Source: the human T2T-CHM13v2.0 reference genome, Homo sapiens
Strand: one strand, 5' to 3'
NCBI RefSeq assembly: GCF_009914755.1
Contig: NC_060930.1
DNA length: 64,000 bases
The translations under genes and the position numbers were made by a program. This document shows, in pieces, positions 48,885 through 64,000 of this stretch. The notes beneath the pieces are model-generated. The model had not been told where the DNA came from. It searched no databases and saw nothing but the letters and a program-made list of their open reading frames with translations. Positions within the stretch are counted from its first letter, which is position 1; each line of letters opens with the position of its first letter.

Positions 48885-50444
48885 AGCTTTTTTCAATTTT
48901 TTTGGATGGATTTTCATAAGGGAAAATTTTTCCTATGGATTTATCTATGGTATTGGTTGAGGGGGCACTTTCGCTTTGATTATAGGGTTAGCAGTAGCAT
49001 AGTCCTCATATGATTTTTACAGCATCAGTGGTGTCTGTGATTTCCGTTTCTTAGACTGTGATTATTAGTGGAGACTGTGTTGAAATTTTACTGGGTGTAG
49101 GAGTGCCAGGTAGTTCAGTCCTGAGGCCCAGTGGTGTTATCAGTGGGCTAAGTGTGCCTGTCTTTAGGCTCCTGTGTGGCATACAAGGGCACGTGTGTTA
49201 GTGGGCTCAGGTGGGCCAATTGTTGGGCCTCCAGGAAGCTTGCTTCGGTTCAGTAGTGGCAGCAGTGGGCATGTGTGTGGTGAATTCCTGGGCCCCTAAG
49301 CAGTATGCATGGCATGAGAAATAGCAGTAGTGATGGTGGGACCACCCTTGGACTCTCAGGCATCACATACTGGTGTTTGCAGTGCCTGCAACAGGCTGGA
49401 TGGACCAGCCCTCAGGAGAAGTGCACGGACACCAGCAGTGGTGAACAAGGCAGGGCTGTTCTCAGGTCCCTGGGTGGCATGCTTGGGTACTTGGGGGATA
49501 GTGCCAGGGGTGTGGGCCTGCCCTTAGTGTCCCCTGATGGGTGCATGGGAATAGGCTGTGGTGAATAGGACAGGGCAATCTCCATGCCCCAGGTATAACA
49601 ATGTATTTCTTTTTTACAAATATGCATTTACCAGTTTTCTATAATCTCTACCTTTTCTTATTTTGCAGTGCATTTTCATTATGTATTTATGAAAAAATTA
49701 TATAGAGATTTATGCATTCAAGTGCTTGTTGACATTTGTTACATTGTGTAACTACAAAACCACCTTCACTACTTTGCTTATTAACCATAGAGTGTTGAGT
49801 GAGAAACCCAGAGAAAAGGATATAAACTTTGGACAGATTATATGGATTAAATCCAGCTCTACGTCTATATGCTATGGTTTGTTTTTTGAGTTACTTAGCT
49901 GCTGTCTGCCTTGGTTTCCTATTTGACACATACTTGATGGGATTGCACCTGAATAATGGTTATGGAAATTAAAGGAATTAATTTAAGGAGAGTGCCTCAC
50001 ACACAGATATTGAATGAATGTTGGCTATTAATATTATTAATAGAAGACAGATTTTCACATATTTGTGAGAATAAGAGAAGGCACATTTTTGTGAGCATTC
50101 TTGTGAGAATAAGAGAAACCACATTTCTGAAGCACTAGAATTTTCACACGGTTTTTCAAAGGAAGGAGATTTATAGACACACAATTTTACAAAGAAGACA
50201 ATAGTTTAATCTGACAAGATATTAAATATAAATAGAAAAATCTACATAATATCACCAAAACAACTAGTCTAAAATTAAAACCAAAAAGTACCCCAAACTG
50301 GAGAAAATATCATAGAAAGTATTTCAGAAGTTCTGTTTATTGATTTATAAGTAAAGATATTTTAAACTGGGAAATCCAGAAGTAGTTTGATCAGCGACTT
50401 TTAGATTACTTGTACCTTTTTCTCAAGGATTTATATTTTATTGT

Positions 50445-50542
50445 TACAGACAGTAGTCTCACCATTTTGCCCAGACTGGGCTCAAACTTCAGGGCTCAAG
50501 TGATCCTCTTACCTTACCCTTCCAAGTAGCTGGGCTACAGAT
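50445..50542 (-). mobile_element. Alu monomer fragment
   Basis: …cccagactgggctcaaac…ggctcaagtgatcc…caagtagctggg…. Confidence 0.65.
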
Positions 50543-52994
50543 GTGTGCCACTGTGCCCAGCTATATTTATCTTATAGTTTAATAATATTATCTAATTTTT
50601 ATAATTGTACTTAAAATAACAGATTTCAAAGAGTTTTATTAGCAACTACTGTGTCCTGATCTTGAAACTGAAACTATATACCAGAAAAGATTTTTTGATT
50701 TTTAATTAGGCAAAATTATTTTCTAGCATTGTCATATTAAATAAGGTTACTACTCTAGGATTTTTATGTATGTCCTGTTAGATTATCTATATGTCAGTAA
50801 GTCATGAAAAGCAATTTTCATGAAAACTTGGAATTAGAAATATTATAGATTGTATTCTTTTAGTTATTTTTTCCATAATAGATCAACATTTTTATCTTGG
50901 CAATAACTGCTATAGTTTTTGTAATCTTCCTCATACATTACGTGTTAATCTTAAAAACTGTGGAAAATATGAAATAAAAATTTTACTCATGATTAATTCA
51001 CAAGAGTTAAACATTATTATTTTATTGTGTTTTCTTGTTTTTGTTGTTTATATAGTATGTAGTGGTGGCCAAAAGCATTCCTGAACAGGGAGGGTGGGCT
51101 TCCCCACTTGTTAGCTGTGTGATTTCAATTAGTTCTTCACTTTTCCCAACCTTGGTTTTGTTATTTATAAAATGTTAACAATAGATTTTTTATTATACTA
51201 TTATTCAGAGAATAAAGTAAATATATTAATTACCCATATATAAGTATACATGCATGTGTATTTTAGATATTCTATTTAATTTATAAATATATATTGCTTT
51301 ATAAGGTAATACTTCATATTACTCTATAAATATATATTATCTGTACATATATTTATAAAGTAAATATATATTATGCTGTATTTCCATAATAAACCATTAT
51401 ATATTTTTTTTTATGTATATATTACATATAATAGTTTATATTATATATAAAATAATGGTTATATATTAATAATGGTTTTATATATTATATATTATATATT
51501 ACATACTATATATAATATATGAAACCATTATATATTATATATAAAACCATTATTTATACATTTATATATATAAAATGATTTATGCTGGAAATGCAGTTCT
51601 GTATAATCTAAATCTAATTTAACACAACACCATTTAAGATGTATTTAATTTCCATCTAGTTGAGTATTTTTCAAAACATGATTTTTTAGTGCTTATATAA
51701 GAAAACATCGTGAATTTATTTAGAAATTTCCCTATTTTGGTCATTCAGTAGATTTCCACTCTTTTTTTTTTTTTTTCTAAAAACAAAACAATGGATATGT
51801 AGCCTTCATTCTTAGCTCCGATTTTCTTAATGCTAATTCCAGAAAGAGGAATTACTGGGTTAAAATAAACATAAATATTTTTAAGGCTCTCTTACGTTTT
51901 GTGCTGCAAAATTACCCTTTCTGTTGACAGTTATATATTTTAAAACACTCAAAATGTATCTTCCCAATTCTGGTGATGATTTTTGTGACTACCTGTGTAA
52001 TATATGTAATATGTCCTCTGAATATTAACTCGGGTCAGAGACAAATATCAGTCAAATCCTCAGGCTCAGGATGTATGCCTCAATGAACACTACTAGTTTT
52101 CACTATGCATCCTTCAGGGTATGTGAAAATAGTCAGTAGAATTTATAAAATGAAGGTTTGGAATCTGAGTTATTTTCCCAAGAGATTTATGAACTATAAA
52201 ATAATATTATTATGTTCTCTTATTGCATTGTGCTCTTTAGCCATCTTCCATTTTATGTGGTATAGCTCCTTAGGATCCATTTGGTTGAAAGCTACTGTGT
52301 ATACTCATTTTGTATTGTATTGTGGCAAATGCTGTAATCTACAGGGTTCCTATTCATTTCACAGCTCACTAATTGTGTGAATGAGAAGAGGAAATATATG
52401 CTTTTATTCTAAAGCATGCCAAGCAGATGGCCAAAGTTCATTACTAGGAGCATTGTCAGTGTGGCTGTCTTCTCTAGGTAGTAAGCCTGGCATCGATCTG
52501 TCAAACACAGAGTGAGGGTCCATTTAACACAGCACTTGAAAATCACTGAGCCTCTGTTTTGTTATGACTTATAAACATTTTATTTTTTTATCATCAACCT
52601 CCAAAGTGGTTGGTCATTTGAGCAGGTGCAAACACAGTAGAATTCATATTTGTTTTACCTGAGAAGCCAAATGAACTTTTATTCATATGGAAATCTTGGG
52701 GAAAGGAAACCGTACAAGAGATTAAGCTTAGTTTCTTGAAAAGCGGGTAATACAGCTATTGAGATTCAAAACTACCATCATTTCTGAGATTGAAACTTTT
52801 GAAAATTTAAGTTGAAGAAAAAGATCAGGGTTTATATCTTTTTAAAGCTAAAAGATTAAAACAATGAAAGAATTTAAGGTTTTAAGTAAGTCTCCCTTAA
52901 AATCTTGGTTTCTTCCTATAAAAGGAAACTGTTTACTTACTTTTATATAGAATATGTAATTTATGTGACCATTAAAAATGTTAGCAATGTACTC

Positions 52995-52997
<3 letters not shown>

Positions 52998-53025
<28 letters not shown>
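52998..53025 (+). repeat. (TG)n microsatellite
   Basis: About 14 TG units, ~340 nt upstream of the GRIK2 acceptor. Confidence 0.95.
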
Positions 53026-53028
<3 letters not shown>

Positions 53029-53342
53029 AGTGAGACAGAGTAAGAATCAGAGATAGTGACAAAAAGGAAATAAAGCCTGTCTTCATACATGTCCTACTTC
53101 AACGGCAGTACTAGGACTATATGTAATTGGGTTATTTCAGGAAAAGGAGGGTAGGTCAAATTTTCTTATGGAGCTGATGTAGTAATTTGATCATAATGTC
53201 TTGTTTAAGAGAACGAGAGCATGTTAGAGATAACGTTTTCTTCTTTATACAAAGAAAAATGGGATATATATTTCCCTTACCTCTTCCCTCTTCCTCCTTG
53301 CAAACCATCTACCACAAGTTCTACAAGTTATATTGACTATAA

Positions 53343-53516
<174 letters not shown>

Positions 53517-56049
53517 TAGGAGAAGAACATCTGCCTTGTCTCTTTTGTTGTCAAGCTGAATGAAGTGAGATTATTGTGGTTTTTCTAGCAAGTGTCCTTT
53601 TACTTTATGTTTAATTTAAATTTTCTCTCTTACTCCAAATAAGCAAAATTAACATTTTTACTAAATAATACCAAATGAAAGGTGAGGGGAAACAAAATAT
53701 CTATCAAAGTATCTATGAGGGTTAGCATTTACCTTTCTGAATCTTTATTACTTTTCCTTTATGTAGAGATATAGATTAATAAAGGAATGTTTATATTTTA
53801 GGCAACAAAATATAAAATGCATTTTTAACATAAATGTCATTTGCACTACAGCAAAATTATACCTAATTTGTGAGGCTTCAAGTATAGTTATTCAGATTAA
53901 TTGTTCCTAAATATGTCTAGTTATTTAAATTATATTTACAATTAACAAAAATAGAATGTATGGATTAATCAAAGTGCAAAATTTACTCCATGTTATATAA
54001 TGCAACCATTCTTATGACCATATATCATTTCTGACTATGTCTGTTATAGATCAAGAATATTCATAGTGAGAAAAAGTTTTTGAAGATCATACATACATAC
54101 ATATATACATGCATATATATACAAATATGTATACGTATATATTTTTCCTGTCAAAAAAGAAAGTCCTTTGTTAACTTAGAATACTTTTCATAGATGAAAG
54201 TTTAACTGTGCCTTAATCTTTGCAATGAAATATCACAGGTATTATTACCATATGAAATTTTTTATTAATGGCTTAAAATAAATCATCAGTTCATCTTGTA
54301 ATAAATTATTCATCATGAAAATAAAAGTGCAAATAGGATCATAATTAAGTATCTCTGAATATCCATGAATTTTCTTTGTCTAATTCTTATCAAACTCTCA
54401 GGTAGATGAATTAATAGTTTCGAAGAATATGCAGTTTATTAGTTGCCCCATATTCTAACATTTACTTCTGGTTTAAAACTGAAACTTAGTGAGCTGTAGA
54501 CACAGTCCACAGGTCTGGCGAGATGAAGAATTGATTTTTCTGAACTCAGCACTAGATTATTGAAACAATGACGTGTCAAGCAGCCCTAAAAGAAGCAGTT
54601 GTATGACATTCCCCATTGTATTTATTGTAGGGTGTAATTGAGAATCTTGTCCACTAAATCACACAGTGTCCCCCTTATGAGGACCAACAGGAGAAATTTC
54701 TCTCAGGTCTCAGTGCCAGGAAAAGCTCTTTCTCCTGAGCAGCTGGTATGTCTTAAATTATAGACCCTGTATATTGTGTTTTTATCATATTTTCTTCTTT
54801 GTTTTGGTTGCTAGGAAGTTCAGAATTGAATTTGTGATAAAATTACTTGTGCAATTTCACCTGGTATACATTTCTTTATGCTCTCTCTACCCCAGATTTG
54901 TTCTTCTGTTTTACACTTCTATTCTTGTACTTCTTGATCTTTTTGTTTACTTTTATACTATTGTCCATTTTGGTTAGTCACTTGAAAGTTTTTCTTTGGA
55001 AGCCATTAGGCTAAAAATATTTTTTTCTTCCTTATTCCAAACCAGTGAACACATGTTTAACTTTAGCAAAGACATGTTGCAATATGTTTATGAATATGTA
55101 TTAAACTTTTTCTATTTCATTTGTAATTTATTAGCTGAAAACTAAGAATCTTGCACATAAGTATCCAAATATCATATGGAGCCTCAGAAATTTAGTAATA
55201 TTAATTTCAAATCCTTATTGAAATATTACCCTTAATCTACTGATATTTACTTCTTTTGGGTCTTGGTTATATTATTTTAAACATTTTAGTTGTGAGTATA
55301 CATTTTATAATTGAAAATTTCTGTATTTAACTACTTTTTCCTAAGCTATTTCCAAATGACAAACAATGGAAAACATCTAATTGTGGTTCTATAACCAACA
55401 GAATGGGAAAACTTTTTACGTTAAAAAAGTCCAGATATTTACTCACCTTTTAGGGTTGAACATATTATACAGCTAGATTATTATATTCCCATCTCCTCCA
55501 TGAAGTATATCTTGATATGAAGTAATTATAATACATTTCCCTTGCCCTTACTTAGTGGAAAGCTAGGGGGAATGTATATAATTGAGTTAGTATAACATAG
55601 CTTTTCCTGGATTCAGTTTCTCTTATTGTAATAAGTTCCTTTTCATGTTATTATGAATTTAGTAGTGGGATTTTATAACAGTAGTTCTAACTGTATTTGC
55701 CAGTGAGATATTTAATATCTCATACACCATAAAAAGTAACTAAATTCTTCTCACTTTAGTTAAAGAGGTACACTACTTAAAACATAATAATACAATGTCT
55801 CCTAGACAGAAAATTGTAACTGGAAAATGCATTGTATAAAATGAAAAATTTATAGTAAATTTTCTGCTGAAACTAGGATAATTTATGTAGAAAAACATTT
55901 TTCAAATTTCAGAAGAAAATTAAAATATTTTAAAAATCTCTAGCAATGTAAACTGAAAAGTAATGAATATAAGTTTCCTACTTTTGTGAAAAAATGTTTA
56001 TTCCATCTTTCTTCACTTATTTATTATCAATGTTTTTCTATTCCCATAG

Positions 56050-56166
<117 letters not shown>

Positions 56167-59100
56167 TGAGCTTATTTGCTTTAATTACTAAATGAAACAT
56201 ATCTCAAAGAAGACAAATATTCTCTGTTGTAGTCACATTTCATTGACATTTAACTTTATTGAGTAACTCTAAAAATAAATAGTTAATTCATTATATTGAA
56301 TATAATAATTGACAATTAGGATTCAAGGATAAAGGGTATCTTAAGACAATTTTATATTTTATTTTCTAACTAGAGATTTTTCTGATGCATATAATGTTTG
56401 AAGTGCATATAATGTTAATTAGTCTTAAGGTTTAATATAGCAATTAGAAAATATTTGGTTTAATATGGGTCTTTATACATGCAGCTTATAATCACTTATG
56501 GTTGCATAGACTTTCCAACTTGGAGCAGGCCATTAAGAAATTAAATATAAAAGTATGTTTCTATTTTTTGAGTCATATTTAAGTGAAATATTTGAATTCA
56601 TGTATGCACAGTAACTAGGGTATATACATAAATGTAACATACCACACTGGATCTATCTTACTTGATTTTATTGCTAGGGATTGTGGTAAAACACCCAAAG
56701 AATGTGGGTATGTGCCTACTTAATGAATATTTTAGTGTGAGTTTTCTTAAATACATAATGTATGTATTTAGATATTTTTCTGATAGATTCATTGATAATT
56801 GACAAGAGATATTAAATCTTTTTATATGTTATTTAGATGTTATTAAATCTTATTAGATCTTATTAAAATAAGAACTTGAGAAAAATTATATGTGACTGAG
56901 ATAATATTGCTTTGAAGATAGTAAGCTATCTTATATTTCACCCAGCAATGAAACATGCAGCTTTATTTCTAGACAGAAACTGAAGAGGAAAGCTGAGACC
57001 TACGAAGGGCTTTCTTAGTCTGGAAGATAACAGCATATTTGAATGCTGATTCAAACCATCCAGGACAGAGTAAAATTGCATTTTTGATAGTGTCCCCAAG
57101 ACAGTTTTAAATACATTATGACCAACTGATGACTCAAACTGATAGAGCTGTTACCTCCTGCCACTGAGGATTTCAAACTGTACACTTTGTGAAGACCAAG
57201 CAAAGTCAGGAATATTTTATAATAAACTGGAACCCAAATATTCATGAGACAGTCCCTTCCTAACTGTCTCACTCTCCAGATGAGAAAATTAGTCTGTGTC
57301 CAAGACTGGAGTTGATAATGGTAGAATTCAGTAAGCTCGTGAGGAGTTTATCTTACTGTTTACTGGAGATGTTATTACTTTATTTATTTATTTATGAAAT
57401 ATCGAAATCACTAGGAGGAATTTGGACCATTGCTGACATTTCAATACATCTGCATAAAATGGCAGTGCTCTTCATATTACCATAGATCCATTCCTGTCTT
57501 GAATTCAAAATAAATGAAACATTACAAAATTTTCTCTGTGCTCCATTGTGGCTTACAGATACGCCTGAATATAATGGTTATCAAGTACATATGATGATCT
57601 ATCACACTGATAAGCAAGGTAAACCAGTGTGAGTTGTTCAGGTTGCTCTGAGATTTCATAAATATTTTATATTATTTTCTAAAATCTGAAAATTCATTTT
57701 GCTGAATTAATTATGTTCAGTCCTTATCCTCAAGGGGCTTTTCATGTACAGTGATAAGATAATACATATTTGTAAATAAATACAATCAAAAGCTATATGT
57801 TTCAAGCTTTCAAAAGACCAATAAAAATATAATTTCTGATAAAAGATATAATTAATCAAGAGTCATAGTCAATTGAGTACTTAGAATTAGCCTTTGAATA
57901 TGTTGAATTATTGATTGTTAGAAAATCAGTCATTTTAGAAGGAAGTAGAAGTATGGGGAAACACAAACATAGCGTTTGATTTTATCATTACACACATACA
58001 CATACAAATAAAGCTAAAATGCTAGATTTTAGTCATAACATAGATACCATGTCCAAGATATTTGCAGGGTATTAGAACACAATGTGAGTTTAAAGAAAGA
58101 ATAGCCCTGAAGGCTATGGGTTACTTGGGAAGATAATATAGTTTAGAATAATTTTAGTATGAGGCCATGAATTTAAAACCATTCTAATAGGAAGTGGAGA
58201 TGAGTAAACAGTTTGTGACAGAAGGCATTAACTGAACCATCAGCAATGTTGTTAGTTCAAAGACTAGCAAAGCATTTGGACTATGTTTTTAAGGAGAAAT
58301 GGAGGAGCCAGGTAGGAAAAGGGAGATACCAGGGATAAAAGCATAACTCAAATATTGGAAAATGAATTAGCAAGTAGGGGAATTACTAGTAGAAATAAAC
58401 TGGCATAAACCTTCCCCTGAAAAGACAGATAAGGTACCGAGGATGGGTGGAGGTAAGTTAAAGAGAAAGGGAGCAAAAAGTTCACATCACATGTTTTCAA
58501 TATCCTTGAAAATTTGTACATGAACTCATCAGCTAAAGGACAGCGGTAAAGTTTAGTCGGTTCTTAAGAAAAATTGAAAATTCCATTTTGACAGACTTGA
58601 TTTTGACTTAGAAGGAACAAAATGCTGCTAAGTAGCAAAAAGTCCTCATTTTAAATTTAGTAGAATAGTTTACAGCTCAAGGTCTAGATTCAGAGATATT
58701 TTGGCTCAAATTCTCACTCTGCCCTTTACTTTTTGTGGACAAATTTATTAATCTCTCTAAAACACAGCGTCTTACACTGAATCATGAGGCAACAGCAGTT
58801 ATCTGCCTCATGATGACTGAGTGTTATTGACTTGACTTTTTTTCTGCCTAGAAAGTATAGTTACCAACCCATAGATGGAAAAGACAGCATCCCTACCCTG
58901 ATGGAATTCACAGTTTAGAAGGGCCAATAGATGGTGATCCAAGAGGCTTGAATTTCAGTTCCAATTCTATCAAAACTAAGCATGTGAACTTCATCCTGCC
59001 ACCGAACTTCTCTGTGCCAAATTCATCACCTTAAAAAAAAAAAAAAGTGCAGGGCAAAGGGCTGCCCTCTTGGACAGTCTGAAGTGAGAATACTATGGCC

Positions 59101-60039
59101 TCTAAAAGAACCCGGAAGTACCATCTTGAAATAAATTGATGCTAGAAATTTTAATCGTTAAAATTTAACAATTATGTTCTATCATGACTGAGAGACAAAA
59201 ATAAAGAAGGAAAACATGTAAAGTGCTAGGTTTATCCCTCTTCTCATGCCTATTGCCTTTTCTTCATTCTCATTCTGTCTTGGTCATCTTAGACCAGCAC
59301 ACTTCATTTAGTAGGTTAATCTTCTAACAAATATGGAAGGAATGTCTGTTTTATGCCCTCATGAAGGTTATAATCTAATAGAGGAAACCTGCCAATAATA
59401 AATAGACTCATTAGACTTATAAAATTATAAGATTGGGCAGTAATAAGTGCTGAAAAGAAGGTCATTTTGTTTTTATGTCACTGACATGATAGATTTTACA
59501 TAATGTTCGGAAACATGAACTTCAGGATGAAAACAGTTAACAGGAAGGAAGTCTATGCTTCTGTTGTTTACAACTGTGGAGCAGATAAACCAGGAAGAAA
59601 CCAGTATGCTTCTGATGAATGGGAAAAGGTGGGCCATGCTCAAGTGTCTGAGCCTGGAGTGGAGATGGGCATCCTTTCTACTTAGATGGTGTCCATAGAT
59701 CAAATGAATTCTTTCTACTCTATTATAACAGAAGCCTTAATTGGAACCCAGCCCAATTCACTGTGGTCCCAAAAAGATCACCGATACTGTATACACAGCC
59801 AGCCACTTCTGTGCAAACAAGCTCTCTGGGACCATGGCAGTGCCTTCAATGGAGGAGGGGAGGGCAAGAAGGGGGAAAGACAGTAGGTACTATTACAGAC
59901 TTTGCCTAGTTCAGGCAATACTTTTGCTTATGAGAGGCTGGTATTGAGCACTCAGGAACAGGAAAAGGAAAACAGAATAAGTGATTTTCCAAGCTTGAAT
60001 TCTTCTGGTCAGTTCAAGGATCATATAGTGTATTCTACT

Positions 60040-60770
60040 TTCAAAATATGTTTAGAATCCATTCATCTCTCACCACATCCGTTGCTGAATCATAACCATA
60101 GTACCTTTCAACTGTACAACTACATTGGAATTCCCACAAGCCTCTCTCTTCAATTCTGTTATAATCCATTCCCTAAACCACAGCAGCCAGGCAGATATTT
60201 TTAAAAGGAAATTGACCCCTGTCATCCCTCTGTTTAAATGCTTTCATAGATTCTCATTGTGTTTTGAATAAAATCCAAAGCACCAGTGACCTCTCATCAT
60301 GTCATCATGTTCTCAGATATTTTCTTCTGCCCTACCTACAGAGGGTTTTTTTTTTTTTCTCATTTCCTCAAGAAAACAAAGTTTTCTTATCACTTTGGCA
60401 TAGAGTAATAGAAACAGTTTTCCCAGCCAGGAATATCCATTCCCAGTTCCTTTGCCTGGGGAACTCTTACTCATCCTGGTAGTATCATCTTAAATATTAC
60501 TTCCTTAGATAGGCCTCCTCTAAGTCTCTAATCAAGTTTAAATTTCTCCTAATGCTCTGCCCTTTTTAATTTCTGACTCTATCAAAGTACACAATTATTT
60601 ATTCACGTGAACTTTATAAAAGGGCTATCTCCCTAGCCAGAGTGCAAGACCTACTAGATGGAAAATATATGCTCCCTTTTCCACTACTATATATTAAGGC
60701 TTTGCAAAGTATCCTTTGTCTTGAGGACAAAGTATGTACTCAAGAAATATTTGTTGACTGTTGAATGAAT
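60040..60770 (+). mobile_element. L2 3' portion
   Basis: L2-like text ending aaatatttgttgactgttgaatgaat. Confidence 0.55.
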
Positions 60771-61149
60771 AAAGAATCTTTATGGAAATTATGAGATACT
60801 TCACACAGAACGCTTACTCAAGTGTCTGATGCAGAGTTATTTTCCTGTAGCACAGTTTGTTGCTTTTCCTAGCTTTGCTCTATACCTCCAACATGAGGAC
60901 AGGGAAAGACAATAGTCAAGGGATCAGTGGGTTGGGGTCATGGGTCAATGTTTCAAGTGGGTAAAGGATTTTAGATTGCAGAAGGTCACCCTGAAGTCGG
61001 AAATTGTAAGGATCCACATTGCTTCAGTGGTAAATCTGGCCCCATTCATGGCACAATTAAAAACTCTCTGACCTTCCAGTATTACATTAAACAGTAAAAC
61101 TCAACATTCTATTTATAAATGTTCCTTTTTTGTCCTTACAAGTTACAGT

Positions 61150-61605
61150 ATGGAAATAAACAAAGCTCACCCAAATGAGAACAAGTGGAAGTTACTATTC
61201 AGAACTTACTACAGGAAGGGAGACAGCCTTCATCACTTGCATTAAACAGGGATTCAAAGGCAAGCAGGGGAGTGGAAAAGTTTCATAGTGGAAAGAAATG
61301 AAGACCTCAGGTGTGCTGTGATTGGAGATTGCTGGCATGAGGAAACTGGAGTTGGTCTAACAAAGCAGGGCACCTAGATAATGGGTTTTGGGGGGCACAT
61401 TTGACTTTCTCTGGCTGGTTCTGATTTGGAGGGTGGCAAAAAATTGGGAAACTGGAAGTAATAGGATGAATCCTGATTGTTTTGGGTAGATTGCCTGCTG
61501 AGATTGTGTTTGGCTTCCTGAGGTGCTCACTCCAGAGCTTCTGGGTCATAGTTTGTCATCACACATGGTTTGGTCATTGTCTATTTGTGTATTCAGTCTG
61601 TGAGT
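61150..61605. mobile_element. Probable ERV1-class solo LTR, degraded
   Basis: G-rich ~450-bp block resembling reverse MER-type LTRs (…cccaaatgagaacaag…, …tgattggag…); family not determined. Confidence 0.4.
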
Positions 61606-64000
61606 GGAATTACTGAAGTAATTTGGAGGGAGAAGAATAGCAAAAATAAAAAGAAGCAGGAAAAATTTACTTGTGAGGAAATATAAAAACATCATCACCA
61701 ACAATAAAATTGTTTTTTTGGTTTGTTTTGTTTTTGTTGTTTAGAATGTGTAACCAGGATGTAACTTATTGTTGGAAGTGGTTTATCCTTATTGTTCCAT
61801 CACCTGAAGCTTAGCTATGTGCTTAGGAAAGACCAGCTCTAGAGGGAAGAAAACACAAAACTGATGGCATAAGATGTTACAGAAATATTCAGGAAGATCT
61901 TAGACTGTAACTTCAAAAGGATATCATTTACAGCAAAAAGAGTTGGAAGAGTTCCACACAAAATGGGTTTAGACTGAGTTGATGACATTATATAAAATAG
62001 TGCAATTTCATTGCAAGATGAGCTACCTAGAAGCCATTTTTGGGAAAACAACCACTTAAATTTAGAAAAGAATTTCCTATAGGAAACTGTAATGCAATAA
62101 TAAAATCCCTGAATCTTAACTCATGATTGAATTTTCTTTTAAACTCTCCTATGTGACCACAAAGTACTTCGTGTGTTTTCCAAGAGAAAAAAGTCAGTCT
62201 TTTACTGTTACACTTTCCTGGTTATTCAAAATAATTTTTATTGTACTACAGAATATTTGTTTCTAAGTACAGGTGTAAATTAAAATTATTCTTGTGTACT
62301 TCTCTTATCCTTTTTCTAGCATCAAATTTTGCCAATCTGATTACTTTGTGGATATTCTCCTGTGTGATATTTAAATGAAAATAGACATTGGAGAATAGAA
62401 TTCCCTATCTCCTCAGCAGATAGGCTCTAATAAACCATTATTAAAATTGGCTTTATGTATTAATATTATATTAACTTTGAAAAATAGAAAGGATAAAACT
62501 GATAAATTTCTTTGGACAGAAATAGTGCTGAGGGACCTTGAAGCATTTGGGACTATAAAAAACAATCACAATGTGTTTGCCCCAGCGTAGGTTTGTAATA
62601 AAATCAGATTTAGTTTGTGTATCCTTTGGGAAAATCTTAAAAAAAAATACAGAAAGACATTTTATGAAATATATGTTTGTCAATTTCTATAGTTAATAAT
62701 ATAAATATAAAAATAATTTGTAAATGTCTTATAAATAGTATTTATAAATAATATAAAGCAATATATTGCACATTTACACACCTCTAAAAGGTTTAAATTT
62801 GTCATATTTTACTTTCATGTGAAGCTTCATTTTAACTTTTAACACTTATGCTTTTTAAATATTTACTGCTTGCATCCACCAGTATAGAGACTAGTATTAA
62901 TCCACAGACTTTTTGCTAAAACTCAACTATCTTGATAATATATGAGGAGGATAAGAATTGATAGTGAAACCCTGCCTGCCTGAGTTTACAGGCTTATGTG
63001 TTCTAGAATTAGAACATGTTTCAAAGTGCTTTTTGAATATTTTTTGTAAAGTATGTATTTTGAAGAAAAAGTGGTTATTTCTACAGAAATCTTTACTATT
63101 GACCTTTCTTTTACTTGTTGACTCCTGCCCTCATTAAACTTCATATGAAAAAGGTGCCTGAATGGAATTTAAATTTTCTGAACTTATCTAAATCTGAAAA
63201 TCTACCTCAGATAGGTGAAATTTACATTAATTATAGATTTCTAGAACCGGATGCACGGCAGTTTTTATCTTCCTCTCTTTGGTGGCATTTGATACATATA
63301 CCCAGTGCCCATGGCAACAGTGACCCCCAACTTGTCCAGGAACTGAGATTTATCTTGCCTTCCTCTACGAAAGCAATTTTAATGGTGATGTTAACTCGTA
63401 AACTTTAAATTAGTCAAAAAGTGATGTTTGCTTCTCTAAAAACAAAAATACTTCCTGGGCAGGATCCAAGCCTATTGCCTTTCTTTGGAGATGTTAGCCA
63501 TTTAATTTGTCTAACTCTTATATAGAATTCATTATAAACCCTGTCTCAGAACTGTACCGACATTTTTGTGTGTCAGTGTGTATAGTTATTATTTTGTTTG
63601 GCAACTTTACACTTTCAGGACGATAAAATATTTCAGAAAACTATTTATGAATGATGTTTATGTTTAGAAATCAATCAGATTGCCTTATTTGAGGTCACAG
63701 AATTTATTGTTTTGGTTCCCAAAAAGTCTTATTTTGGCCCACCAATGAATATTAAATATTGGCTTTTTTCTTTTAACCACTAAATTTGAATTAACATATA
63801 TATATGTATAAATTACAATTATGATATATATAACATAATTGTAATTGATTGATTTGATTTCAAATCAAATCAAATCTGACCTACATTTTTATCTGTGGAA
63901 AAATGGCTTTTAACTGAATGGTATCGTATTTTCATATTTGGGAACATGTAATTCATTAATTCAAACATTATTTAAAAAATCAAAATCACAACCTGTCTGT

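Overview
Human (primate-repeat-rich) genomic DNA, almost entirely intronic, from the kainate receptor gene GRIK2 (GluK2/GluR6) on the + strand. Two GT-AG coding exons (53367-53510 and 56050-56157) encode the C-terminal part of the amino-terminal domain; the ORF track misses both. The rest is AT-rich intron with many repeats: about 12 Alus (including a very young AluYb8 and an AluYd), a 14-kb nested block (old L1MA interrupted by a two-LTR THE1 that itself holds an AluY, by a full-length L1PA3 and by an AluS), solo LTRs, L2/MIR relics and simple repeats. I see no evidence of a wholly new biological system. The best leads are: (i) a full-length antisense L1PA3 whose antisense promoter and open ORF0 point at the GRIK2 exon 5.3 kb downstream, with the SD2-spliced ORF0 frame ending on a TAATG that overlaps an in-frame GRIK2 Met; (ii) an L1 3' transduction carrying a piggyBac MER85 end; (iii) a 93-nt poison-exon candidate; (iv) several locally templated insertions. 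Repeat subfamily calls come from recalled consensus sequences, not database searches.
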